From: Pelagomonas calceolata
Taxonomy: Eukaryota
Assembly: GCA_918797485.1 (NCBI GenBank)
Contig: CAKKNE010000003.1
Span: 5,084,001-5,148,000 of the forward strand
Length of the DNA: 64,000 nucleotides
Reading direction: 5' to 3'
Part shown: positions 53,791 through 64,000 of the stretch, piece after piece
How positions within the stretch are numbered: position 1 is the stretch's first letter
Layout: every line of letters begins with the position of its first letter
Notes under the pieces: generated by a model
Seen by the model: only the letters and a program-made list of their open reading frames with translations
Told to the model about the DNA's origin: nothing
Databases searched by the model: none
Translations under genes and position numbers: made by a program

Positions 53791-55808
53791 CGGGCCGGCC
53801 CCCTTAGCGTCGACCTCCACGCCATCGACGCGACGACCAGCTCGATGGTTTCCACACGGTCACGAGACGAGAGGTGTCGATTGAGACGTGGGCACGGGTG
53901 TCGGATCCGCATCGGCGCACCAGAGCGTCTCCTTGTTCGGGTTGTTTCCTTGGTTCGTGCACCAAGCCTCGCTCCTGTCTCCTCTAAAGTTCACTTCACC
54001 AGTGCTGATGATGAGGATCTTGCACCCGCCCCCTTGGTCGCAGACCTGTGCAGAAATTGGATTTCCCGGGCCGGCCCCCTTAGCGTCGACCTCCACGCCA
54101 TCGACGCGACGACTAGCTCGATGGTTTCCACACGGTCACGAGACGAGAGGTGTCGATTGAGACGTGGGAACGGGTGTCGGATCCGCATCGGCGCACCAGA
54201 GCGTCTCCTTGTTCGGGTTGTTTCCTTGGTTCGTGCACCAAGCCTCGCTCCTGTCTCCTCTAAAGTTCACTTTACCAGTGCTGATGATGAGGATCTTGCA
54301 CCCGCCCCTTGGTCGCAGACCGTGCAGAAATTGATTTCCGGGCCGGCCCCCTTAGCGTCGACCTCCACGCCATCGACGCGGCCACTAGCTCGATGGTTTC
54401 CACACGGTCACGAGACGAGAGGTGTCGTGGGCACGTGGGGCACGGGTGTCGGATCCGCATCGGCGCACTGCGTGCCTCCTTGTTCGGGTTGTTTCCTTGG
54501 TTCGTGCACCAAGCTCGCTCCTGTCTCCTCTAAAGTTCACTTCACCAGTGCTGATGATGAGGATCTTGCACCCGCCCCTTGGTCGCGCAGACCTGTGCAG
54601 AAATTGATTTCCGGGCCGGCCCCCTTAGCGTCGACCTCCACGCCATCGACGCGACGACTAGCTCGATGGTTTCCACACGGTCACGAGACGAGAGGTGTCG
54701 GTGGGCACGGGAACGGTGTCGGATCCGCATCGGCGCACCAGAGCGTCCTTGTTCGGGTTGTTTCCTTGGTTCGTGCACCAAGCCTCGCTCCTGTCTCCTC
54801 TAAAGTTCACTTCACCAGTGCTGATGATGAGGATCTTGCACCCGCCCCCTTGGTCGCAGACCTGTGCAGAAATTGATTTCCGGGCCGGCCCCCTTAAAGT
54901 CGACCTCCACGCCATCGACGCGGCGACTAGCTCGATGGTTTCCACACGGTCACGAGACGAGAGGTGTCGTGAGCACGGGCACGGGTGTCGGATCCGCATC
55001 GGCGCACCCGCCGCCTCCTTGTTCGGGTTGTTTCCTTGGTTCGTGCACCAAGCTCGCTCCTGTCTCCTCTAAAGTTCACTTTACCAGTGCTGATGATGAG
55101 GATCTTGCACCCGCCCCCTTGGTCGCAGACCTGTGCAGAAATTGATTTCCGGGCCGGCCCCCTTAGCGTCGACCTCCACGCCATCGACGCGACGACTAGC
55201 TCGATGGTTTCCACACGGTCACGAGACGAGAGGTGTCGGTGGGCACGTGGGGGCACGGGTGTCGGATCCGCATCGGCGCACCAGAGCGTCTCCTTGTTCG
55301 GGTTGTTTCCTTGGTTCGTGCACCAAGCCTCGCTCCTGTCTCCTCTAAAGTTCACTTTACCAGTGCTGATGATGAGGATCTTGCACCCGCCCCCTTGGTC
55401 GCAGACCTGTGCAGAAATTGGATTTCCCGGGCCGGCCCCCTTAGCGTCGACCTCCACGCCATCGACGCGACGACTAGCTCGATGGTTTCCACACGGTCAC
55501 GAGACGAGAGGTGTCGATTGAGACGTGGGCACGGGTGTCGGATCCGCATCGGCGCACCAGAGCGTCTCCTTGTTCGGGTTGTTTCCTTGGTTCGTGCACC
55601 AAGCCTCGCTCCTGTCTCCTCTAAAGTTCACTTTACCAGTGCTGATGATGAGGATCTTGCACCCGCCCCCTTGGTCGCAGACCTGTGCAGAAATTGGATT
55701 TCCCGGGCCGGCGCCCTTAGCGTCGACCTCCACGCCATCGACGCGACGACTAGCTCGATGGTTTCCACACGGTCACGAGACGAGAGGTGTCGATTGAGAC
55801 GTGGGCAC
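53791..55808 (-). repeat. Tandem array of ~276-bp intron+exon units (8 intron copies, 7 exons), within duplication copy 2 (53627-55927)
   Basis: Intron 55808-55683 (126 nt), exon 55682-55533 (150 nt), next donor 55532. Confidence 0.85.
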
Positions 55809-58800
55809 GGGCGCCGCGACTGGAGCGGCTTCCGGCGCAGCGGTAGGCCTCAGCGTTGGCGACTGCACGGGGACCACGCTGGGCGCGGGCGTCGGCCGCA
55901 GCGTCGGCGTCGACGTCGGTTGCGGCGTCGGGCGCTTGCTGGGCGCGAGCGTCGGCCGCTGCGTCGGCGTCGACGTCGGTTGCGGCGTCGGGCGCTTGCT
56001 GGGCGCGGACGTCGGCCGCCACGTCGGGCGCTTGCTGGGCGCGGGCGTCGGCCGCTGCGTAGGCATCGGTGTAGGCTTCGGCGTCGGAGACGCCGTGGGG
56101 CGCGGCGAAGGAGACTGCGATGGCCGTGGAGTTGGACTTGGAAACGTCGGGCGAGGCGTCGGACCAGGCATGGGTCTTGGCGTCGGCCTCGGGCAGTTGA
56201 AGAGGTAGTTGACTTGCACGACGCCGCACGACGTCGACTCGCACCGGGTGTTGTAGAACGCAAAACTGCCCAGGTACACGCGGTGGTCCACGCACCAGCC
56301 GAGGTCCTGGTTAAAGGACGATGCGTCTTCGAACATCTCCTCCATATCGAGAACAGCTCCAACGCTCCAGCCCCCAACGTCCTGATTGAAGCTGGATGCT
56401 TCCTTGAACATCTCCACCATCGACGTTACACCTGAGGTATCCCAAGCGCTAATGTCCTCGTTGAAAGACGAGGCTTCCTCGAACAACTCATCCATGTCCG
56501 TTACCCCGCCAGTCTCCCACGTGGAAATGTGGCCGTACGTCGCTGTGGCGCCAGTCGGATTCGAGAGCCACACTCCGACTGCTACTCTGATTTTCCAGTT
56601 GACCATGACGCTGCCAATACCCGGGAGGATGTTGCAGTTAACTCCCCCCACGATGCCGCACCACGTCGACTCGCACTGGGCGGTGTCGAACGCATCGTCC
56701 AGGTCCACGTCATTGTTCAGGCACCAGCCGAGGTCCTGGTTGAATGCTGTCGCGTCCTTGAACATGTCGTGCATGTCCGTAACCGCTCCAACGTTCCAGC
56801 TGCTAATATCCTGATTGAAGGAGGTTGCTTCCTGGAACATATTGGCCATCGTTGTGACGCCCGAGGTGTCCCACGCGCCAATGTCTTGGTTAAAGGCCGA
56901 GGCGCCATCGAACATGTACTCCATCGTTGTGACGCCCGAGGTGTCCCACGCGCCAATGTCTTGGTTAAAGGCCGAGGCGCCATCGAACATGTACTCCATC
57001 GTTGTGACGCCCGAGGTGTCCCACGCGCCGATGTCCTCGTTGAAGAACTCCACGGGGAGGTCATCGTCCAAGAGGCAACATGTGCTAATCAACCCAGACA
57101 TGTCCGTTACCCCCGATGTGTCCCACGTCGAGATGTGGCCGTACGTCGCCTCGGCGGCGGACTGGTCGGCAAACCAAGCCGCCACTGCATCTCTAATGCT
57201 ATCGTCGTCCATGACGTAGCCCGTGATCGGGCAGTTGTCCATTTGCACGACGCCGCACGACGTCGACTCGCACGGGGTGCCGTCGAACGCGCAGTTTCCC
57301 CAGAAGTCGCAAAGGACCACGTCGTCGTCCACGCACCAGCCGAGGTCCTGGTCGAAGGCCGAGGCTTCGTCGAACATCCTGTACATCGTCGTGACGCCGG
57401 AGGTGTCCCACGCGCCGATGTCCTCGTTGAAGGACGATCCCGCAAACAAACTCGACATGCTCGTCACCCCCGATGTCTCCCACGTCGAGATGTGGCCGTA
57501 CGTCGCCTCGGCGGCCGCGCTGTCCGAGAGCCACGCCGCGACGGCCGTTCTTATCGTGCTGTCGTCGGCGACCAGAGGTGCAATAGTGGGTGCTGGCGTT
57601 GCTGTCGGTGCGGGTGTCGTAGTTGGCGCTAAGGTCGGCGCACAGGTACCTTCCTCCATTTTCTGGACGCCACACGACGTCGACGCGCACGGGGTGCCTT
57701 CGAACGCATAGTCCAGGTTAACGTCGTTGGCCACGCACCAGTTGAGGTCCTGGTCAAAGGCCGAGGCGTCGTAGAACATCACGTGCATGTAAATGACGCC
57801 GGAGGTGTCCCACGCGCCGATGTCCTGGTCGAAGGCATAGGCGCCTCTGAACATGGCGCCCATGTCTGTGACGCCGGAGGTGTCCCACGCGCCGATGTCC
57901 TCGTTGAAGGACGCCGCAGCCGAGTTGGTACCCGAGCCGCAATACTGCGCACAAAACAACTGCGACATGTCCGTCACCCCGGAAGTCTCCCACGTCGAGA
58001 TGTGGCCGTACGTCGACTCGGCGGCCGTCGCGTCCGAGAGCCACGCCGCGACGGCCCATCTAATTTTCCAGTTGACCATGACGTTGCCCGTGAGCGAGAC
58101 GTCGCAGTCGCCTGTATTGGTCTCCCACTTCACGCCGCAATACGTCGACTCGCACGGGGTGCCACTGAACGCGTAGCCCAGGCTCACGTCGTCGTTGACG
58201 CACCAGCCGAGGTCCTGGTCGAAGGCCGAGGCGTCTCCAAACATCTCGGTCATGTCAGTGACGCTGTGGACCGCCCAACCACTGATGTCCTGGTCGAAGG
58301 CATAGGCGCCTCTGAACATGGCGCCCATGTCTGTGACGCCGGAGGTGTCCCACGCGCCGATGTCCTCGTTGAAGGACGCCGCAGCCGAGTTGGTACCCGA
58401 GCCGCAATACTGCGCACAAAACAACAGCGACATGTCCGTCACCCCGCCAGTCGCCCACGTCGAGATGTGGCCGTATGTCGTCTCGGCGGTGGTTGCGTCA
58501 GCGAGCCACGCCGCGACGGCCGTTCCAATGTTGCTATCGGTCATGACGTTGCCTGTCGGGCAGTCGCTTCTTTGCTCGACGCTGCACGACGTCGACTCGC
58601 ACGGGGTGCTGGAGAACGCGTCCTCCGTGTCCACGTCGTAGGCTACGCACCAGCCGAGGTCCTGGTCGAAGGCCGAGGCGTCCTTGAACATGTCGTGCAT
58701 ATCTATGACCGCTGCAACGTTCCAGCTGCTAATATCCTGATTGAAGGAGGTTGCTTCCTCGAACATCCCGCACATCGTTGTGACGCCCGAGGTGTCCCAC

Positions 58801-59402
58801 GCGCCGATGTCTTGATTAAAAGAATAGGCACGGTTGAACATGTCCTCCATACTTCTCACGGCGACGACACTCCAGCCACCAATGTCCCGATTGAAGGCGG
58901 ATGCTCCTTTGAACAGGGCCTCCATCGATGTTACACCAGAGGTATCCCACGCGCCGATGTCGTCGTTGAAGAACTCCGCGGCCGGGTTTTCGTACAAGCA
59001 TCTGCCTGATGTGCAAATCAACCCCGACATGTCCGTCACCCCCGATGTGTCCCACGTAGAAATATGGCCGTACGTCGCCTCTGCAGATGCGCTGTTCGAG
59101 AGCCACGCCGCGACAGCCGTTCTAATGCTGCTGTCGGTCATGGCGTAGCCGAGCTTGCGCCGCGTCGCGGCGACGGATGTGTTTGCCGCTCCAAACGGCC
59201 GAGCCGCCGCGAGGTGCGGCGAGGCCAGCAGCACGCCGAGGGCCAGCCCGCGCCCCGCAGAGCTGCCGGAGCCGGACAAAAAGGTGCCGACGCCCGTGAT
59301 CGCAGCATTGGTGCTTTGCGCGCCGGAGCTGCGCGCCGTCGCCAGGACGGCGATGGCGAGCCAGGGCGTCGTGGTCGTGGAGGGGCAGCGCCGCGTCGGC
59401 AT
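55773..59402 (-). CDS. Secreted DUF285 (BspA-type) repeat protein with six repeat blocks and PT stalk; probably spliced into the repeat exons
   Basis: Signal peptide; blocks AVAAWL...[10 protein letters not shown].GVT, 25-aa [16 protein letters not shown] repeats, FDQDLGWCV...TPCESTSC caps. Confidence 0.9.
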   Translation of the reverse strand: MPTRRCPSTTTTPWLAIAVLATARSSGAQSTNAAITGVGTFLSGSGSSAGRGLALGVLLASPHLAAARPFGAANTSVAATRRKLGYAMTDSSIRTAVAAWLSNSASAEATYGHISTWDTSGVTDMSGLICTSGRCLYENPAAEFFNDDIGAWDTSGVTSMEALFKGASAFNRDIGGWSVVAVRSMEDMFNRAYSFNQDIGAWDTSGVTTMCGMFEEATSFNQDISSWNVAAVIDMHDMFKDASAFDQDLGWCVAYDVDTEDAFSSTPCESTSCSVEQRSDCPTGNVMTDSNIGTAVAAWLADATTAETTYGHISTWATGGVTDMSLLFCAQYCGSGTNSAAASFNEDIGAWDTSGVTDMGAMFRGAYAFDQDISGWAVHSVTDMTEMFGDASAFDQDLGWCVNDDVSLGYAFSGTPCESTYCGVKWETNTGDCDVSLTGNVMVNWKIRWAVAAWLSDATAAESTYGHISTWETSGVTDMSQLFCAQYCGSGTNSAAASFNEDIGAWDTSGVTDMGAMFRGAYAFDQDIGAWDTSGVIYMHVMFYDASAFDQDLNWCVANDVNLDYAFEGTPCASTSCGVQKMEEGTCAPTLAPTTTPAPTATPAPTIAPLVADDSTIRTAVAAWLSDSAAAEATYGHISTWETSGVTSMSSLFAGSSFNEDIGAWDTSGVTTMYRMFDEASAFDQDLGWCVDDDVVLCDFWGNCAFDGTPCESTSCGVVQMDNCPITGYVMDDDSIRDAVAAWFADQSAAEATYGHISTWDTSGVTDMSGLISTCCLLDDDLPVEFFNEDIGAWDTSGVTTMEYMFDGASAFNQDIGAWDTSGVTTMEYMFDGASAFNQDIGAWDTSGVTTMANMFQEATSFNQDISSWNVGAVTDMHDMFKDATAFNQDLGWCLNNDVDLDDAFDTAQCESTWCGIVGGVNCNILPGIGSVMVNWKIRVAVGVWLSNPTGATATYGHISTWETGGVTDMDELFEEASSFNEDISAWDTSGVTSMVEMFKEASSFNQDVGGWSVGAVLDMEEMFEDASSFNQDLGWCVDHRVYLGSFAFYNTRCESTSCGVVQVNYLFNCPRPTPRPMPGPTPRPTFPSPTPRPSQSPSPRPTASPTPKPTPMPTQRPTPAPSKRPTWRPTSAPSKRPTPQPTSTPTQRPTLAPSKRPTPQPTSTPTLRPTPAPSVVPVQSPTLRPTAAPEAAPVAAPVPTSQSTPLVS

Positions 59403-59663
59403 CGTTTCTGAAATGCTGCCGGGCTGCCGTCTGGGGGTCTGTATGCGCGTTGGCGCTGCTTTTTAGCTCCTTGGGGAGCACACAGCGAGAGCGAGTGTGG
59501 CGAGTAAGGTCGCCGACTCGAGCCCACCAGACCCACGCTTGAAGGCTCGCGGCATCGGCTCTAGGGCGTAAGGACCGGCTAAACGGAAGCTGGGCGAACC
59601 AAAACGACGCGCGCGCGCCGTCGAAGTGCACACAAAGAACCTAGGAGTGCCCGGGGACCGATA

Positions 59664-59786
59664 TTACGCGGGCAACGCTTCGTCGTCGTCGCCGCCGCGG
59701 TCGATGGCCGCGAGCGCCGCGAGGAGCGCGCGGCAGCGGTCGCCGTCGGAGACGTAGAGCGCGCCGGCGAGGCACTCGATTGTCAT
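59664..59786 (-). pseudogene. Orphan GC-rich coding fragment, weakly like a mini-RNase III C-terminus
   Basis: TIECLAGALYVSDGDRCRALL; no upstream part found. Confidence 0.3.
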
Positions 59787-60270
59787 AAACGCGAGGTACC
59801 AAAGTCGCCGAATCCCGCGGCTTAAGTTCACTTCAGAGGGTTATTAACCGTGACAATTTTGTCTAGGTGTTCTGCCAGCCTGAGTGCCTCAGTTGGCACT
59901 TGACTGAACAGAGCTCTATAGTTATCTCCTCCCGGTGTTTCCTCACAACATAGTATGTCGCAGCGTTATGTAAGACCCGCCGGCGGGTAGCAGGGTCCTA
60001 GTAGCTCACTGGCACCAGCCGACTAGGCTAGGGAATCATGATATCCGGCTTCCGGCTCCGGGCCCCCGCAGTACCCTGGTTTCAAGTTGTTACCGTACCA
60101 AACGCGAGTGTTTGGATACAAGTTGGACATTATGCCTCTGCATTCAATTCGTGGTGAGCTAAACTAGAACGAGTATTAGCTAGCGGTGTAAGGCTCTAGC
60201 GATTTACAGCTGCTTAGCCTTTGGTCTGAGGTGGGGCGGCGTAGCATGCGAGTATCGCGGCAGTGGTAAC

Positions 60271-61293
60271 ATGCGGCACGCTACTCTCCTGTACGCTGCG
60301 CTCGCTGCAAAACTCCGATGCGACGGGTTTTCGCCGGTGGTGTCGCGTCCGCCACTGCCGCCGCCCCGGGCGGCCTCAGGCGGCGCGTGGCGGCGAGCAG
60401 CGGTTCCAGATCGGCGCGGCAGCGACGGACGACGCACGGTATGTCCGGCTCGGCGTGGCGACGACGACGCCGGCGACGCGCGGCGCGGCGCCGCCGCATG
60501 CGAGGAGGCGATCGCGCGGCAGGACGCCGAGGACCGCGCGCTAACGGCGCCGAAAATGGCGTTTGCGTTCGCGGCGCTCGCGCTCGTGTTCCTCGGCGCC
60601 GAGGCCGCGACGTCGGCGGACGGCGACGAGACGCTCCGACGACTTCTGCGCGCGGCCCAGGACTTCGATCCGCGCGCGGCGATCGACGGCGTCGCCGCCG
60701 AGGTCGAACGCCTGGGCCCGCTCGGCGCGGCGTACTTCGCGGCCGTGTACGTCGTGGCCGAGGTGCTCGCGCTGCCGGCGGTGCCGCTCACGGCCTCCGC
60801 GGGCTACCTCTTCGGCGCGGTCGAGGGCACGGCGATTGTGCTCTTCTCGGCGACGATCGCGGCGGGCGTCAGCTTCCTCATCGGCCGGTCGCTGCTGCGG
60901 TCGTGGGTGGAGCGCGTGGCCGGCGAGTCGGCGCAGTTCCAGGCCATCGACCGCGCCGTCGCGAGCGAGGGCTTCAAGATCATATTGCTCCTGCGCCTCT
61001 CGCCGATCTTCCCCTTCGCGCTCTCGAATTACTTCTACGGGCTGACGGCGGTCGAGTTCGGGCCGTACCTCGCCGCGACGCTCCTCGGCTTCGCGCCGGG
61101 GACCTTCCTCTACGTCTACTCGGGCGAGGTCGCGTCCGTGGCCGCCGGCGCCGCCGGCGACGACGCCGCGTACCCGTGGTACGTTTACGCAGGTTTCCTC
61201 AGCGTGGGCGCCTTCGTGGCTGCAAAGGTCACGGAAGTGGCCACGCGGGCCCTCGAGGAGTCGGGCGGCATCGTCGCCGACGGCGACGATTGA
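60271..61293 (+). CDS. TVP38/TMEM64 (DedA, SNARE-associated) membrane protein, probably plastid targeted
   Basis: LALPAVPLTASAGYLFG, LLRLSPIFPFALSNYFYGLT; bipartite-like leader. Confidence 0.9.
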   Translation: MRHATLLYAALAAKLRCDGFSPVVSRPPLPPPRAASGGAWRRAAVPDRRGSDGRRTVCPARRGDDDAGDARRGAAACEEAIARQDAEDRALTAPKMAFAFAALALVFLGAEAATSADGDETLRRLLRAAQDFDPRAAIDGVAAEVERLGPLGAAYFAAVYVVAEVLALPAVPLTASAGYLFGAVEGTAIVLFSATIAAGVSFLIGRSLLRSWVERVAGESAQFQAIDRAVASEGFKIILLLRLSPIFPFALSNYFYGLTAVEFGPYLAATLLGFAPGTFLYVYSGEVASVAAGAAGDDAAYPWYVYAGFLSVGAFVAAKVTEVATRALEESGGIVADGDD

Positions 61294-62002
61294 CCCCGCG
61301 GGCCCGGGAACGGGCCTTCCTCCGCGGGGGAGCTGCCCGGGAATAAGCCCGCCCGGGGCTCGATAAAAATTAGCGACGCCAATAGTACGTAGTACTCCTC
61401 CATTTTACTCCTCGGCGGCGTAGCGTGCAGTAATAGAAGGCCTTTAAAGGCTTGGTGTATGTCCTTTCTTTAGGATTCCTTCCTTAATTATTCAAGTTTA
61501 CTTTGCTTAGAGCTAGGCCGCCTAGCCACCCGGCCGACGCTGGGTCTGCACGACCCGGGCCGCACGCCCGCCCCGCCCCCGGCCCTAGTTAATACGACGG
61601 GGCCGAAATCAAGCTGGGTAGGGGAGCGAGAGCTACGACCACTACGCCGTGCCTATGTGTCCGATTGGGGAGCGAGAGCTACGACCCGTCCAGACGGCGC
61701 TTGACTCGACGTCCGCGGAACGGAGCTTGCGTTCAAGACTCGGCCGAGCGGCCCGGGCCGGGGTAGCCTCACGAGGGGGGGGTCCCCGAGCCGTACCGTA
61801 CCGGTATTAGCTCGGGGACCCCCCCTTTGGAGGCTAGGGCCGGGGCGGCCGCCAAAAAAAACGGGTTTACAAGCTCGTACCCCGGTACCCCCCCCAACAC
61901 CTGTAGACAAGTGTGCTATACTCGTAGAGCTAAAATTGGTGAATAGAATCAGCAGCTCCAAAGTATTAACGCCTGGTTCCTTTCCGGCGCTCTCACGCCG
62001 CG

Positions 62003-64000
62003 ATGCCCCCCCCCTGCCGCCCGCGTCGCGGCCGGCAAATGCGCCGCGCCGCGTTTAAGGCCTGCGCGATGGCCATCGTCGTCGCCGGCGCCTGCACGGC
62101 GAACCTCGCGGCGACCGGTGCGCCGCTGCTGGCGCGGGTCTCCGACGGGCGGGCGCCGTCGTTGGCCGCGGCGGCGGCGAACGCGGCGGCGGGCGATGGC
62201 GGGTCGCGCCGGCTCGCCGACGAGGACTGCGGGGAGAAGCGCGGGTGGGGCGTCACGGTCGGCTGCATCGTCGGCGTGCTGTACCTCTTCCTGGCCATCG
62301 CGATCATCTGCGACGAGCTCTTCGTGCCGGCGCTCGAGGTCATCGCGGAGAAGTGGGAGCTCAGCGACGACGTGGCGGGCGCAACGCTCATGGCGGCCGG
62401 CGGGTCGGCGCCGGAGCTCGCGACGTCGTTCGTGGGCACGTTCAAGCGGTCCGCCGTCGGCTTTGGGACCATCGTCGGCAGCGCGGTCTTCAACGTGCTC
62501 TTCGTCATCGGCATGTGCGCAATCTTTACGCCTCCGGAGCTCGCGCCGCTGCAGCTGACGTGGTGGCCGCTGTTCCGCGACTGCTCCTACTACTCGATAA
62601 CGCTCGTCACGCTCGGCGCTTTTTTTCGGTGGGGGGGCAAGGGCGAGATCATGTGGTGGGAGGCGCTCATCCAGTTCGTGCTCTACTTCGGCTACGTCGC
62701 GCCCCGCGCGAGCATTTCACCGGTCGACCGCGTCGCGTTGGCGGGTTTGTCGTCGTCAGAGGGGCGGGGGAGAGAGAGAAAGGCGGATCGACCGAAGCAA
62801 TCCGGCAGGTCTCGTTCATGGCGGTCAACGAGCGCGTCGAGCGGCACGTCAAGACGCGGTGGCTCGGCCTGGCCGCGGACGACGGCGCCGCCGCGCCCGC
62901 GGGGACCGACGACACCGACGCGACGACGCGCGAGCGGGCGGAGGACGTCCGCCCCGCGTCGGACGTCGAGATGGACTCGTCGGCGGACTCGGACCGCCGC
63001 CGGCCGCGCGCGCCGTCGCGGCCGGCGAACTTTCGCGCCGGCATCGGCCGCCTCCTCATGGGCCAGTCGGCCGACTTTTTGCTCCAGACCGGCGTCGTCG
63101 CCGTGACGCAGATCGCCGGCGACGTCGACGCGACGTTCGACCAGCTGGACGCGGACCAGTCGGGCGAGCTCGACCTCGACGAGCTCGGCACGCTCCTGGG
63201 CCTGCTCGGCGACGGCGAGGCCGTCGACCCCCAGCGCGTCGACGCGCTGCGCGCCGAGATCGACGGCGACGGCACGGGCACGGTCCGCCGCGACGCGTTC
63301 CGCGTCTGGTACCTCGCGTCGGAGCAGCGCCTGCGCGCCGAGGCGCGACGCCTCTTCGACGAGTTCGACACGGACCGGTCGGGCGACGTCGACCTGGCCG
63401 AGTGCGAGGCGGTGCTGGCGGCGCTCGAGGCGCGCTGGGGCGTCCACGCGCGCTGCGGCTCCGCCGTCGAGCTCCTCGCGCAGATCGCCGGGCCGGGCGC
63501 CGACCGCGCGACGTTCGACGCGTTCCACGCCTGGTACCAGACGTCGATTTTCTACGAGCGCGCGCAGGCCGAGGCCGAGCTCCAGGCCGAGGCCACCAAG
63601 TCCATGTGGCGGACGACGGTCGAGAACGTGCGCGGGTTCGGCGACCTGGATGCGCGCGAGCGCGTCGTGGTCCTGGTGTGTCTGCCGCTCAACGCGGTCC
63701 TGGGCGCGACGGTGCCCGACTGCACCGTGCCGGGCAACGAGAAGTGGTGCTACGCGACGTTCCTCGTCTCGATCGCGTGGATCGGCGCGTTCGCGTGGCT
63801 CATGGTCGAGGGCATCGAGATCATCGGCCGGCAGATCGGCGTGCCCGTGTTCATCATGGCGCTCACGTTCCTCGCGGCCGGCACGCGCGCGCCCGCGCCC
63901 CGGACGCCGCTCTGCGTCGGAGTCGACCTTCGGTCCGCGCGCAGGTCCGTGCCCGATTTACTGTCGTCGGTCGTCGTCGCCAGGCAGGGCAAGGGCGACA
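62003..64000 (+). CDS. K+-dependent Na+/Ca2+ exchanger (SLC24/NCKX) with EF-hand loop; introns 62696-62808 and 63885-63944; runs off window
   Basis: Alpha-1 SDDVAGATLMAAGGSAPEL...GTIVGSAVFN; alpha-2 AAGT|SVPDLLSSVVVARQGKGD; EF loops DADQSGELDLDE and DTDRSGDVDLAE. Confidence 0.92.

Noticed and set aside
53707..56435. Plus-strand ORFs across the arrays
   Set aside because: Frames shift unit to unit, no recognisable domain, and splice signals are on the minus strand
3897..59854. GTCACGGT/ACCGTGAC as a third intergenic motif
   Set aside because: Also common in coding sequence; enrichment cannot be judged by eye
1..64000. tRNA, rRNA or snRNA genes
   Set aside because: None recognised by eye; a covariance-model scan would be needed to exclude them

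Overview
Eukaryotic, gene-dense window. Very GC-rich, intron-poor genes are separated by 0.1-2 kb AT-richer spacers built from short transposon relics. Gene content and intron style point to a flagellated, plastid-bearing stramenopile alga, most likely a pelagophyte (inference). About 24 coding units are supported, including GCNA/SprT, ORANGE-like, POP4, TBL-like acyltransferase, GT8, CEP131-like, mitoribosomal S6, DNAAF6, NUP85-like, TIM22, TVP38 and an EF-hand NCKX. The main signal is at 33.6-59.4 kb. Two different minus-strand surface-protein genes (a ~4800-aa JmjC/DUF285/FG-GAP/C-lectin/REJ/GPS mosaic and a ~1200-aa DUF285 array protein) end in the same duplicated ~2.2-kb cassette. The cassette is a tandem array of 276-bp units, each a 126-nt phase-0 intron with an in-frame stop plus a 150-nt exon encoding a 4-Cys 50-aa module. 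Other signals: a domain split twice at the same point by different cassettes, a CTRCGGTA motif 70-105 bp upstream of six start codons, a TET/JBP-like dioxygenase relic abutting a copia RT relic, and frequent GC-AG, introner-like introns. All homology calls come from motif recognition by eye, and introns are inferred without transcript data.
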